A stretch of 64,000 bases of DNA, from the NCBI GenBank assembly GCA_963665295.1, contig OY762209.1:4448001-4512000 (forward strand), written 5' to 3'. This DNA is from Syntrophorhabdaceae bacterium (GTDB lineage: Bacteria; Desulfobacterota; Syntrophorhabdia; Syntrophorhabdales; Syntrophorhabdaceae). Below the pieces are notes generated by a model, which saw only the letters and a list, made by a program, of their open reading frames with translations, did not search any database and had not been told where the DNA came from. Made by a program: the position numbers and the translations under genes. Of the stretch, positions 49,081 through 58,695 are shown in pieces. Within the stretch, counting starts at the first letter, position 1. Every line of letters begins with the position of its first letter.

Positions 49081-49940
49081 GCAACCAGCGACAGTACCGT
49101 ATGGAGTTTCTGTTTCAATTCCTTTCTCGATACTATCATATCGATCATGCCATGTTCCAGAAGATACTCGGCCCTCTGGAAACCTTTAGGCAATTCTTCC
49201 TTTATGGTGTCTTTGATTACCCGCGGTCCCGCAAACCCGATCATCGCCTTAGGTTCGGCAATGATGATATCCCCCAGCATGCCCATGCTCGCGGTAACTC
49301 CGCCGAGGGTCGGGTCCGTAAGGACGGATATGTAGGGAACCTTCCTGGATTTCAGCCGGTAAATAGCGCCGGACACCTTGGACATCTGCATCAGGGACAT
49401 TATGCCTTCCTGCATACGGGCGCCTCCGGAAGAACAGAAGATAATAACGGGTACCTTCTTGTCCGCACCCTCCTCCAGGATTCTCGTAATCTTTTCCCCT
49501 GCCACCGAGCCCAGGCTGCCGCCCATGAAGGTGAAATCAAAAATGGCGGCCAACGCTTCTATGCCGCCGATCTTTCCTTTGCCGCAATAGAGGGAGTCCT
49601 TCTTCTTCGTGGCCTCCTGGGTCTCCTGCAACCTGTTTTTATATGGTTTCGTATCCTTGAACTTTAAAAAATCAACAGGTTCGATCTTCTTGAAAAGTTC
49701 CACAAATGTGCCTTTGTCAAATGTGAGAGACACTCTCGTCTCGACGGTAATAGGGAAATGGTAAGAGCATTTCAGACAAACGCTCTGGTTCCTTTCCACT
49801 TCCTTTTTATAAAGCAGCTCCTGACAGGAACTGCATTTGATCCAGAGAGACTCCTCCTTTACCGCCTTTTTGATCTCTTTTTCAATATCTATTTCTTTAT
49901 GAAGCTTCGTTTCGCTTTCTTTCTTTCTGAATAATCCCAT
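49077..49940 (-). CDS. accD: Acetyl-CoA carboxylase carboxyltransferase beta subunit
   Basis: Zn finger WIKC..C...C..C, FMGGSLG, SGGARMQEG, GFAGPRVI. Start at ATG 49940. Confidence 0.95.
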   Translation of the reverse strand: MGLFRKKESETKLHKEIDIEKEIKKAVKEESLWIKCSSCQELLYKKEVERNQSVCLKCSYHFPITVETRVSLTFDKGTFVELFKKIEPVDFLKFKDTKPYKNRLQETQEATKKKDSLYCGKGKIGGIEALAAIFDFTFMGGSLGSVAGEKITRILEEGADKKVPVIIFCSSGGARMQEGIMSLMQMSKVSGAIYRLKSRKVPYISVLTDPTLGGVTASMGMLGDIIIAEPKAMIGFAGPRVIKDTIKEELPKGFQRAEYLLEHGMIDMIVSRKELKQKLHTVLSLVA

Positions 49941-49993
49941 CGATATGTTTTCCAGTTGATTTTTTGCTAGAAAACTACCAAAATAAGTATGGC

Positions 49994-50611
49994 ATGTCAA
50001 TAAAAAGGGTCACCATACCTTCATCTCCCCGCCTCGAAGGCATCCTGAAAGAGGACGGCCCTCACGCAGGTGTCGTCATATGCCACCCCCATCCCCTTTA
50101 CGGCGGGGACATGTTCAGCAACGTGGTGGAAGCCATGGAAGAGGGTTTTTCCTCCAAAGGGTTCACTACCCTGCGATTCAATTTCCGTGGCGTGGGGAAA
50201 AGCGAAGGCATCTGGGATGAAGGGAAGGGTGAGGTGGACGATCTGCTCGCCGCCCGGACTTTCCTTGAAAGTCACCTTGATCCCCATGCATCCATCATTC
50301 TGGCAGGTTACTCCTTCGGAGCGTGGATATGCAGCAAGGCCGCCATCAGGGCGCCTGAAGCCGACGGTTTGTTCCTTGTAGCCTACCCCTTCGCGTTTTA
50401 CGACACCGGGGAACTGAGCAGGTTCCGCGGCAAAGTGTACTTTGTCGCCGGAACCCGCGACGACATAGGCCCCGTAGACGCACTTACCGGGTTCTATAGA
50501 GATTTCCCCCTTGTTGATAAATATCTGAAGATTATACCTTCCGACCATTTTTACCGGGGCAAGGAAGGAGAAATAGTGGACTTCATAAAGGAAAACGTGA
50601 CCCTGGGGTAA
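49994..50611 (+). CDS. Alpha/beta hydrolase
   Basis: HPHPLYGG, RFNFRGVG, GYSFG nucleophile motif, DHF. Confidence 0.9.
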   Translation: MSIKRVTIPSSPRLEGILKEDGPHAGVVICHPHPLYGGDMFSNVVEAMEEGFSSKGFTTLRFNFRGVGKSEGIWDEGKGEVDDLLAARTFLESHLDPHASIILAGYSFGAWICSKAAIRAPEADGLFLVAYPFAFYDTGELSRFRGKVYFVAGTRDDIGPVDALTGFYRDFPLVDKYLKIIPSDHFYRGKEGEIVDFIKENVTLG

Positions 50612-50651
50612 AAAGGGCCGGGGCGCTCCGTCTCCCGTCGGCGGACTCGCG

Positions 50652-51527
50652 CTACTTCCCTCTTCCTGCGAGGGTCACTATAAGGGACTTCTTCCTCCGC
50701 TGAGACTCTTCAGACGTAATTTCTATACGAGCAGTCCTCTTTCCCTTTCCACCAGGACCGAAAACGACCTGAACTTCGCACGGGACGCCCGCTTCGAGGG
50801 TCGCGCACGTCCCCGAGATACTGAAATCGCGCGCGTGCGGGCCTTTTATCTCCACCAGGCTCGTCATGTCTGAGAGGCCGACGTTTCTAATTAAAAGGGG
50901 CTTCGTGTTCGTTGCGCCGACACTCACTGCCGGGAATTTGAGGGCCGAGGGCGTCACCGCCGGTTTTGGCGCTATCGCATTCGCGGAAAGGGGCACCACG
51001 GTTACAGTTCCCGGATCGTTTGAATAGATAAGAAGTTGCGCCATTTTTCGCCCGTAGGAGTCGGCCTTCAGGCTCACGGGGAGCAGGCACGCCTTGGAAG
51101 GTGATATGGGCGTCACACACGGGTTTACAGCCTTGAATTCCGCCCCGTTCCTCCCTGAGATCGCCACCCTGCTCACCGCGAGATCGGCGCTGCCCATATT
51201 CCTTACCCTTACCGACCTTTCTATGGTCATACCCTTCTTTACGGGCCCGAAAATAACGCACGCCGGCCTTGCCGAAGCACCGGGAGGTTGCCCCGGTCCA
51301 TCAGGCGCTCCCTCGTCATCATCGAGGACGACCGGGCGTTCGTCGGCGACGCCTGAGGCAAAGCCATCCCTGGTATCAACGGAGGTCATGGTCGTCTCAG
51401 CGCCTCCGCCTATTCTGCTCATTTCGACAGCCGCCGTCCTGCCGTCAACCAACTGATCGGCGCACAGGACGGATGAAAAGGCCAGAAGACCGGCAAGGGC
51501 CCCACACCACACTACATCTCTCTTCAT
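50652..51527 (-). CDS. Exported protein with two choice-of-anchor D / ASPM-SPD-2-Hydin-like Ig domains
   Basis: Signal peptide from ATG 51527; repeats N.G..DL....I.G.....F....C; SND motif. Confidence 0.75.
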   Translation of the reverse strand: MKRDVVWCGALAGLLAFSSVLCADQLVDGRTAAVEMSRIGGGAETTMTSVDTRDGFASGVADERPVVLDDDEGAPDGPGQPPGASARPACVIFGPVKKGMTIERSVRVRNMGSADLAVSRVAISGRNGAEFKAVNPCVTPISPSKACLLPVSLKADSYGRKMAQLLIYSNDPGTVTVVPLSANAIAPKPAVTPSALKFPAVSVGATNTKPLLIRNVGLSDMTSLVEIKGPHARDFSISGTCATLEAGVPCEVQVVFGPGGKGKRTARIEITSEESQRRKKSLIVTLAGRGK

Positions 51528-51544
51528 CCCACACCTTTCTTTGC

Positions 51545-52003
51545 CTATTCGATTGTTACATCGAGGAAAAACCGGTTGACGGATTTCTCTCTCCCTTCCC
51601 ACAACCGGTAATTGTACATGACGATCCTTGCGTTGCCGCTTTTCTTCGCCCTGAGCTGCCATAGCCTCATGACGGGCGCTCCGATCCGATCCGATATTAC
51701 CCGCGCCTCTTTGGAGACAATCTCGAAGTGGTCCGTGTCAAAATCCTCGAATTCCCACGAATACCCCGCGCTGCCCAGGGTCTGGAGTTCGATTTGCATG
51801 ACCTCACCCGCTTTCATGCCCACTTCCCTGCCGTTGTCTTTCATGCCCACCGTGACCGCGACCTTCTGACCGGGAAGACTATTCTCCATGGCCATCGCCC
51901 GCGGCACGGGGCACACACAAAGGATTATTCCAAAAGAAACCAGGAACGTGAATATCAATTTCCTTCCCCGCGTCACTAAACCCTTTCTTCCCCTCATAAC
52001 CAC
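51545..52003 (-). CDS. Chagasin-family (I42) cysteine-peptidase inhibitor
   Basis: DNG....K.GE...I.L....AGYSW, IGAP...W...A...G...I...Y.R.WE. Confidence 0.82.
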   Translation of the reverse strand: MVMRGRKGLVTRGRKLIFTFLVSFGIILCVCPVPRAMAMENSLPGQKVAVTVGMKDNGREVGMKAGEVMQIELQTLGSAGYSWEFEDFDTDHFEIVSKEARVISDRIGAPVMRLWQLRAKKSGNARIVMYNYRLWEGREKSVNRFFLDVTIE

Positions 52004-52272
52004 CCCTGATGGTTTCCAAGCTCCACTTCGGTTTCATCTGTTTCTCAATCTCTTACGCAGCCCGCAATGGATAATATATCATGATTCACAAGTCTCACGC
52101 CACGATGAATCGGTCTGAACCGCCTTTTTCCGTAACCTTCCAACCCGCGTCACCGACTAGAGAGAAAACGATTGCCTTTTTCATCTGATTTGTTTTAAAT
52201 TGACCATGGGGGATTCTACTAAACTTACATTGGGGTTTTTGACCGGAATAAAAACGCTCACAGGAGGAATAT

Positions 52273-54216
52273 ATGCATAGCAAGAAAACAGGCTTTTTCT
52301 TGACGGCCATTCTGGGACTGATCATATTGCTGCCCTTGACGGCCGGGGCTCGTAGCGCCTTTCCCATTCTTGACAACTGGGTAAACGAAAATAACTTCAC
52401 TACCAAACAACTTAATGCGGTGGCGGATAACGGCGCCGGAACCATGTATGTGGCAGTGGGGAATTCCGGCACGTTCCTCAGTTCGGTTGACGCCAACTAC
52501 TGGAAGGCGACGAGCATCACCGGTTTCACCAAGAATCTCCTGGGCGTGGCCTTCGCCCCCGGCATCGGCACCGGCACCGCGGGGGGCCGGTTTGTCGCGG
52601 TAGGCGACACCAAGACCATCTATTACTCCGACGATGGAGTTACCTGGCTCAGTTCGGTGACCTCCAACCTTGCGGGTAACTTCAAGGCCGTCACCTACGG
52701 GAACGGCATATTCGTCGTTGTCGGCGACAGTGGACGGATTTACAATTCAACCGATGGCATCTTATGGACGCAGCCGCAACCGAAATTCATCACCGGCTCT
52801 ACCCTCTACGCAGTCCTCTGGGTGCCTTCCGAAGAACTCTTCATCGCCGTCGGTTCGGGCTCTACGGTCATGCTCTCCCAGGACGGAGCCCTGTGGGTGA
52901 AGAGCACCATCTCGGGCGCCGGCACCCTCCAGGGAGTGGCCTTCGGCATATCCCCGAATGAGAAGACAGGTAAATTTGTGGCGGTAAATTCGTCGGGCAG
53001 TGTCCTCATCTCTTATGACGGCCTTGTTTCCTGGGCAATCCTCAAACCGGCGAACACAGGCATGATCAGCACCAACCTGCACGGGATCACATACTCTGAC
53101 GGCATGTTTACCACCGTAGGCGATAAAGGGCTGATCTATACCTCGACCGACGCCTTCGGTTGGCAGCTTGCAGGCGTACCGGAGAAAAATACCTCGACCA
53201 CACCCATAAACACCAACATCAGGGCGGTGGGCAATTACAATGGCAGTGTCTTCTATGCCGTGGGCGACTCGGGCATGATCCTCAGCAACACCGATACGTC
53301 CCGGTTCTTCTACAAGTCAGGCACCTCCGGCAACCTTGTGGGGGCGGCTTATGGAAATGGGACCTTTGTGATAGGCGGCCAGTATGGCGACCTCTTTGTC
53401 TCCCCCGACGGCACGAACTGGAGTGAATCGAGATTCACAGCTTTCGGCTCCACCAATCCTCACGTTCAAGACATTACTTACGGAAACGGTCTCTTCGTGG
53501 CCGTGACGGCTGAAGACTGGAATTCCACTATCCCGTCAATTTTCACTTCTCCCGACGGGTTAACCTGGACCCAGCAAGGCTTCCCCACAAATTACGCAAC
53601 CGTGCAATATCAGGATCTCCTGGGCGTCGCGTACGGCCAGGGCCTCACGATCCCCGCGGGAATCTATGTTGCCGTGGGAACCGGGGGCACAATAGTGACA
53701 TCTCCCGACGCCATCAGCGACTGGACACCCACCGCGTCCAATACGAGCTATCACATTTACAGCGTCGCTTTCGGGAGCGATATGTTCGCCGCCGTGGGCA
53801 CAAAGACGATCCTCACATCGACCAACGGCACGACATGGACCAACCTCAACATCAACACGTTTCCGAACTTCGAGAGCGTGGCATACGGCAACGGCAGTTT
53901 CGTGGCTGTCGCGAGCAGCGGCGCAATCTACACTAATACGCCGCCCTCCACAACCTGGATAAAGCAGACAACCGTCGGGGCCGCCCTCCATGCGGTCCAG
54001 TACGGCGAATCCTCGGACTTCACCGGCTATGTCGCGGTGGGTTCGGGCGGTGCCTTATATGTTTCCGCCGATGGTGTCAACTGGAGCAAACAGAAATCGG
54101 GAACCGGGAACACCCTCTACGGGATTACCTTCGGGGAGACCGGCGCCGGCACCAGTGTCTTCGTGGCTGCGGGCTCAAGTTCAGCCCTCATGAAGTCGCC
54201 CGCTCTCACCGACTGA
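52273..54216 (+). CDS. Secreted beta-propeller (BNR/Asp-box, Ycf48-like) repeat protein
   Basis: Signal peptide; many repeats of L..V.YGNG.FVAVG..G.I..S.DG..W. Confidence 0.88.
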   Translation: MHSKKTGFFLTAILGLIILLPLTAGARSAFPILDNWVNENNFTTKQLNAVADNGAGTMYVAVGNSGTFLSSVDANYWKATSITGFTKNLLGVAFAPGIGTGTAGGRFVAVGDTKTIYYSDDGVTWLSSVTSNLAGNFKAVTYGNGIFVVVGDSGRIYNSTDGILWTQPQPKFITGSTLYAVLWVPSEELFIAVGSGSTVMLSQDGALWVKSTISGAGTLQGVAFGISPNEKTGKFVAVNSSGSVLISYDGLVSWAILKPANTGMISTNLHGITYSDGMFTTVGDKGLIYTSTDAFGWQLAGVPEKNTSTTPINTNIRAVGNYNGSVFYAVGDSGMILSNTDTSRFFYKSGTSGNLVGAAYGNGTFVIGGQYGDLFVSPDGTNWSESRFTAFGSTNPHVQDITYGNGLFVAVTAEDWNSTIPSIFTSPDGLTWTQQGFPTNYATVQYQDLLGVAYGQGLTIPAGIYVAVGTGGTIVTSPDAISDWTPTASNTSYHIYSVAFGSDMFAAVGTKTILTSTNGTTWTNLNINTFPNFESVAYGNGSFVAVASSGAIYTNTPPSTTWIKQTTVGAALHAVQYGESSDFTGYVAVGSGGALYVSADGVNWSKQKSGTGNTLYGITFGETGAGTSVFVAAGSSSALMKSPALTD

Positions 54217-54248
54217 TACAGAAGCAAAGACAGTAGGCATGTTCTGAC

Positions 54249-54276
54249 AGGCCGCCCCACGTGGGGCGGCCTTTTT
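54249..54276 (+). terminator. Rho-independent terminator
   Basis: Perfect palindrome AGGCCGCCCCACGTGGGGCGGCCT followed by a T run. Confidence 0.85.
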
Positions 54277-54554
54277 CACATCTGACGCGCCCCGGCGATC
54301 CCCCGGAAGAGGAATTCGCGACCCCGTCCCGCACCCCGGATTCGTATACAAATCTTCCTGTCACAAGGATCTGTCCCTCTTCGAGAAATTCCTTAAGCCG
54401 TTTTAATTTTCAACCAAAACACCTCCCATTTCCATTTTTGTCCCATGGTGAAATTTGTCCATAATTCCAGTGAACTAGAAATTTATTAAGTTACCCTGTT
54501 CGAAATAAAAGGTTGACAACTCCATGCAGGCTGATTATTTTAAGGGCACAACTT

Positions 54555-55157
54555 ATGATTACCTTTAAAAAAGCTGCTGTAGTTTCCCTGCCTCTTACGG
54601 TGCTTCTTTGTTTTACGTACGGCCACATGACGAACGTGAAACACCTTCACCCCGAAAACAGCAAAAAAGAACAAACCATCCAAAAGATCATCCGGCACAT
54701 TGACAGTGAAGATGTGGACTTCGACGAGGAGGAGCTTCAGAGTATCGCCCGAGTCCTGTACGAAGAGTCAAAACAGAACGAGATAGATTACCGCCTTGTG
54801 TTAGCGGTAATGAAGGTGGAAAGCAACTTCCGGAGCGACGCGGTATCAACAAGGGGGGCGCGGGGGCTGCTGCAACTCAAACCATCCCTGGCCAAGTTCA
54901 TAGCCCGGGATGCGGGAATCAAGTGGCACGGGGCAAAGACCCTTGATGAGCCGGGAAAGAACATCAAGATAGGCGTCCGTCACCTTTCCCAACTCATAAG
55001 TGATTTCGAAAGTCTTCACCTCGCGCTCCATGCATACCACGTGGGTCCGACCCGGCTGCGGGAGATACTTTCGGAAAAACACAAGCCCAACAAGTACTTC
55101 CTGAACCTGGTGCTGAAAGAATATGAGAGGAACATGTCCCTCCTTCCCGCCCCCTGA
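54555..55157 (+). CDS. Lytic transglycosylase (SLT domain)
   Basis: AVMKVESNF, GARGLLQ, NI.IG, ALHAYH.G. Confidence 0.9.
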   Translation: MITFKKAAVVSLPLTVLLCFTYGHMTNVKHLHPENSKKEQTIQKIIRHIDSEDVDFDEEELQSIARVLYEESKQNEIDYRLVLAVMKVESNFRSDAVSTRGARGLLQLKPSLAKFIARDAGIKWHGAKTLDEPGKNIKIGVRHLSQLISDFESLHLALHAYHVGPTRLREILSEKHKPNKYFLNLVLKEYERNMSLLPAP

Positions 55158-55220
55158 GGACCTTTAAAAGCTCCCTGAAAACTGTTATACTAGCGTGTGT
55201 CGGCCCATAATTCATTGTCG

Positions 55221-55376
55221 GCCCCGCGCTCCGGACGGTTCGTAACGCATGTCAGGAATTATCGTCCCAAAAGAGACAACGGCCTACACCGCCGGAGAAT
55301 CCTCCTTAAGGCAGAGCCGGCGAAAAAGGCACAGACTCCCGAGGGACGTTAAAAGAAAAATAGGAAGTGTCGGGGC
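55221..55376. ncRNA. Long rod-shaped structured element (6S-RNA-like or mfd leader), tentative
   Basis: Nested pairings GCCCCG/CGGGGC, CGTCCC/GGGACG, GAG/CTC, GCCT/AGGC, CGCCGG/CCGGCG, CCT/AGG. TGnTATACT lies at 55183-55191. Confidence 0.35.
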
Positions 55377-55412
55377 GCCATATACGAAGTTCTGAGGATA
55401 TAAGACCGTTCC

Positions 55413-58400
55413 ATGTATAATCTTGGCAACACGGGTTTCATCTACATTAAAGGAAAGACAGGTTCCTTCGTCTCCTTTCTCCTCTCAAGGGCAAGCCGGA
55501 AGACCATCCTCTTCTACGACACGGAAGACGAGGCCCTGCTGCTCAAGGAGGAGTTGGAGTTCTTCTCGGAAAAAGATGTCCAGATCTTCCCTCCTTACTC
55601 CGACAAGGTATTCGAGAAGGAGGACGAGATAAAACGAATCGGCTTTCTCTCCCATCTGGTGTCCGACGACGTGTTTTTCGGTCTTTTCCCTTACAGCGCG
55701 ACAACACGCCCCTTGAGTCCCCGTCATGCCTTTCAGGACCGGAAGAAAGAGCTTAAATTCGGAGATATAGTTTTTCAGGAAGAACTTACCGCGTACCTCG
55801 ACGGCGCCGGCTACGAGTTGACCCCTCTCGTGCGCGAGGAAGGTGAATACGCAAAAAGAGGCAGTATTATCGACGTGTTCTCTCCCTCCTCGGGAAGACC
55901 TGTACGGATAGAGTTCCTCGGAGATGAAATACTCTCACTCAGATTTTTCGATCCCCTCTCCCAAAGGTCTCACGGGGAACTGGAAAAATGCGATCTGGTG
56001 CCCGTCAAAGCCGACGATGAGGAAAAAGTTACCATCCAGGATTACCTTGAGGACCACATGGTCCTCGTACACAACGGTCTCCCCCAGGTCCTCGGGGGAT
56101 TGACGGCCCCCGAGTCCGCGGATCGCCGCCTCAAGTTCACTGAGCGCCTTCTGTCAAGCCTCAATATCGATCTCTCGGGAATCGAGGGTGACGAGCCCGG
56201 CACGGTTATCGAGGCGATCTCAAATGACGATTTGAGGCTTCTCTTCGATTCGAAAAGAACCGAAGTATTCAAAAACCTCTCGGAAAAGGTGAAGCAAGAC
56301 TGGGGCCGATATCGTTACGTCTACATATTTGCGAACACCCTGCACCAGGGGGAGCGGCTCAGAGAAATATTCCGCAACTACGATGTTTCTCTGCCCATAC
56401 TGGACAGAGTGTCTTATCCCCCCAAAGAAAGAGAACATGCCATAGTCATAGGGCCTCTCAGAAGGGGTTTCAGGACCTCGGATACCGTGGTTATTACGGA
56501 AGAAGATATCATGGGGCCCAAAAAGAGGGTGGTAAAGAGCAGGAAAACCAACGGCATCGATGAATTCCTCACATCCTTCAAGGACCTCCAGGTGGGTGAA
56601 TGGGTAGTTCATATCGACCACGGCATCGGGGTCTACCGGGGCATTATGGAACTCAAGGTGAGCGGGTGCACGAAGGATTTCCTTCTCATCGAATATCAGG
56701 ACGGCGACAAGCTCTATGTGCCCGTGGACGACCTCCATCTGGTGCAGAAGTTTATAGGCGGAGAGAAGTTCAAACCCAAGGTCGACAAACTTGGTTCGCA
56801 ATTCTGGAAGACCACAAAAAGAAAAGTCCGGAAGCAGGTCGAGGATATTGCGAAGGAACTTCTTGAAATATACGCAGAGAGGGAGATGGCCGAGGGCTAC
56901 GCCTACCCTCCCGAGGACGAAGTTTTCAGAGAAATGGAGTCCCGCTTCGAATACGACGAAACCGAGGGCCAGTCGGAGGCAATCGAAGCAGTCCTTTCGG
57001 ACCTGAAGAAGCCTAAACCCATGGACCGGGTCATATGCGGGGATGTGGGATTCGGGAAAACGGAGGTTGCAATACGGGCCTCTTTCAAAGTGGTTCTGGA
57101 AAACAGGCAGGTCGCCCTCCTCGTCCCCACCACGATCCTTGCCCAGCAGCACTTCAAAACATTTCAGGCGAGGTTCGCAGACTACCCCATCAATATCGCC
57201 ATGCTGAGCCGATTCAAAACCAGGGAGGAGCAGAAGCGTATTGTGGAAGGGACAAAGAAGGGGTCTGTGGATATCATCATAGGCACCCACCGGCTTCTCC
57301 AGAAGGACCTCACATTCCGTGACCTCGGACTGCTCATCATCGACGAGGAGCACAGGTTCGGCGTAAAGCATAAAGAACGACTGAAATTGGCCCAGAAGAA
57401 TGTCGATACCCTGACCCTGAGCGCCACGCCTATCCCGAGAACCCTTTACATGGCGACCACCGGCATAAAGGACCTGAGCGTCATCAATACGCCACCCCTC
57501 GACAGGTTTGCTGTGAAGACGTCGGTGGTGAAGTTCAAGGATCAGCTTATCCGGAAGGCCGTCATGGAGGAATTGGGGAGAGGAGGTCAGATATTTTTTG
57601 TCCACAACTTCATTCACAATATAGGTGTTGTGTACGACCATCTGTCAAAGCTCGTGCCGGATGCGAGAATCGCGGTGGCCCATGGCAGGATGGACGGCAA
57701 GGTCCTTGAAAAGATCATGTTCGATTTCATCGACAAGAAATATGACATCCTCCTTTCCACGAACATCATCGAATCCGGTCTCGATATCTCCAATGTGAAC
57801 ACCATATTCATCAATAACGCTCACCGAATGGGTCTTGCCGAACTTTATCAGTTGAGAGGCCGGGTCGGCAGGAGCACCAGGCAGGCCTATGCCTACCTCC
57901 TCGTGCCGAAAGAAGAAATACTGAAGAAGGATTCCCTCTTGAGGCTTAAGATTATCGAGGAGTTGTCCGAACTCGGCTCAGGTTTCCACGTAGCGAACTA
58001 CGACCTTGAAATCAGGGGCGCAGGGAACCTTCTGGGCAAGGAGCAGTCTGGGAATATAAACCTCATCGGTTTCGAACTCTATTGTCAGATGCTCGAGGAG
58101 GCTATCAACGACTTGAAGAGCGACGGCGTCCCCAGGGAAGCGGAGGTCATTCCGGAAATCAACATCCCCATTGACGCCTATATCCCCGACGCATACATCC
58201 AGGACCCGACGCAAAAGCTTCTCACGTACAAGAGGCTATCGAAAGTACGGACGCCCGAAGAACTCGTCGAAATGGAGGACGAACTGAAAGATCGTTACGG
58301 GGAAATCCCCTCTCCCCTCAAAAGTCTCCTCGAAATCATATCCCTCAAGGGTCTCCTCCTCCACCTCAAGGTGAAGAAACTCGAGTACTCCGCGAAACAG

Positions 58401-58583
58401 CTTATCGTCAACATCACGGAACAGACACCCATAGATATGAAGAACCTCCTTCGCCTCGTCAAAGAGGGCAGAGAGAAGGTCAAGCTCCTTCCCGACGGAA
58501 GGATCATAATGACCACTGAGAAGACAGGCGGGGACCTGATCGCCTTTACGAGAAATATATTGATGCAAATTGTTGCTATGTGA
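55413..58583 (+). CDS. mfd: Transcription-repair coupling factor
   Basis: VVHIDHGIG, CGDVGFGKTEVA, DEEH, SATPIPRTL, QLRGRVGR, TRCF domain. Confidence 0.97.
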   Translation: MYNLGNTGFIYIKGKTGSFVSFLLSRASRKTILFYDTEDEALLLKEELEFFSEKDVQIFPPYSDKVFEKEDEIKRIGFLSHLVSDDVFFGLFPYSATTRPLSPRHAFQDRKKELKFGDIVFQEELTAYLDGAGYELTPLVREEGEYAKRGSIIDVFSPSSGRPVRIEFLGDEILSLRFFDPLSQRSHGELEKCDLVPVKADDEEKVTIQDYLEDHMVLVHNGLPQVLGGLTAPESADRRLKFTERLLSSLNIDLSGIEGDEPGTVIEAISNDDLRLLFDSKRTEVFKNLSEKVKQDWGRYRYVYIFANTLHQGERLREIFRNYDVSLPILDRVSYPPKEREHAIVIGPLRRGFRTSDTVVITEEDIMGPKKRVVKSRKTNGIDEFLTSFKDLQVGEWVVHIDHGIGVYRGIMELKVSGCTKDFLLIEYQDGDKLYVPVDDLHLVQKFIGGEKFKPKVDKLGSQFWKTTKRKVRKQVEDIAKELLEIYAEREMAEGYAYPPEDEVFREMESRFEYDETEGQSEAIEAVLSDLKKPKPMDRVICGDVGFGKTEVAIRASFKVVLENRQVALLVPTTILAQQHFKTFQARFADYPINIAMLSRFKTREEQKRIVEGTKKGSVDIIIGTHRLLQKDLTFRDLGLLIIDEEHRFGVKHKERLKLAQKNVDTLTLSATPIPRTLYMATTGIKDLSVINTPPLDRFAVKTSVVKFKDQLIRKAVMEELGRGGQIFFVHNFIHNIGVVYDHLSKLVPDARIAVAHGRMDGKVLEKIMFDFIDKKYDILLSTNIIESGLDISNVNTIFINNAHRMGLAELYQLRGRVGRSTRQAYAYLLVPKEEILKKDSLLRLKIIEELSELGSGFHVANYDLEIRGAGNLLGKEQSGNINLIGFELYCQMLEEAINDLKSDGVPREAEVIPEINIPIDAYIPDAYIQDPTQKLLTYKRLSKVRTPEELVEMEDELKDRYGEIPSPLKSLLEIISLKGLLLHLKVKKLEYSAKQLIVNITEQTPIDMKNLLRLVKEGREKVKLLPDGRIIMTTEKTGGDLIAFTRNILMQIVAM

Positions 58584-58695
58584 TATAACAACCGAAATAG
58601 CCGAAGCAAACATTTGGCTGTAAGATGCAATACTTATCATTTCTACCCACGGCATACACTTACAGCTGATAGGCCTTAAACGATGAGGTGACTGG

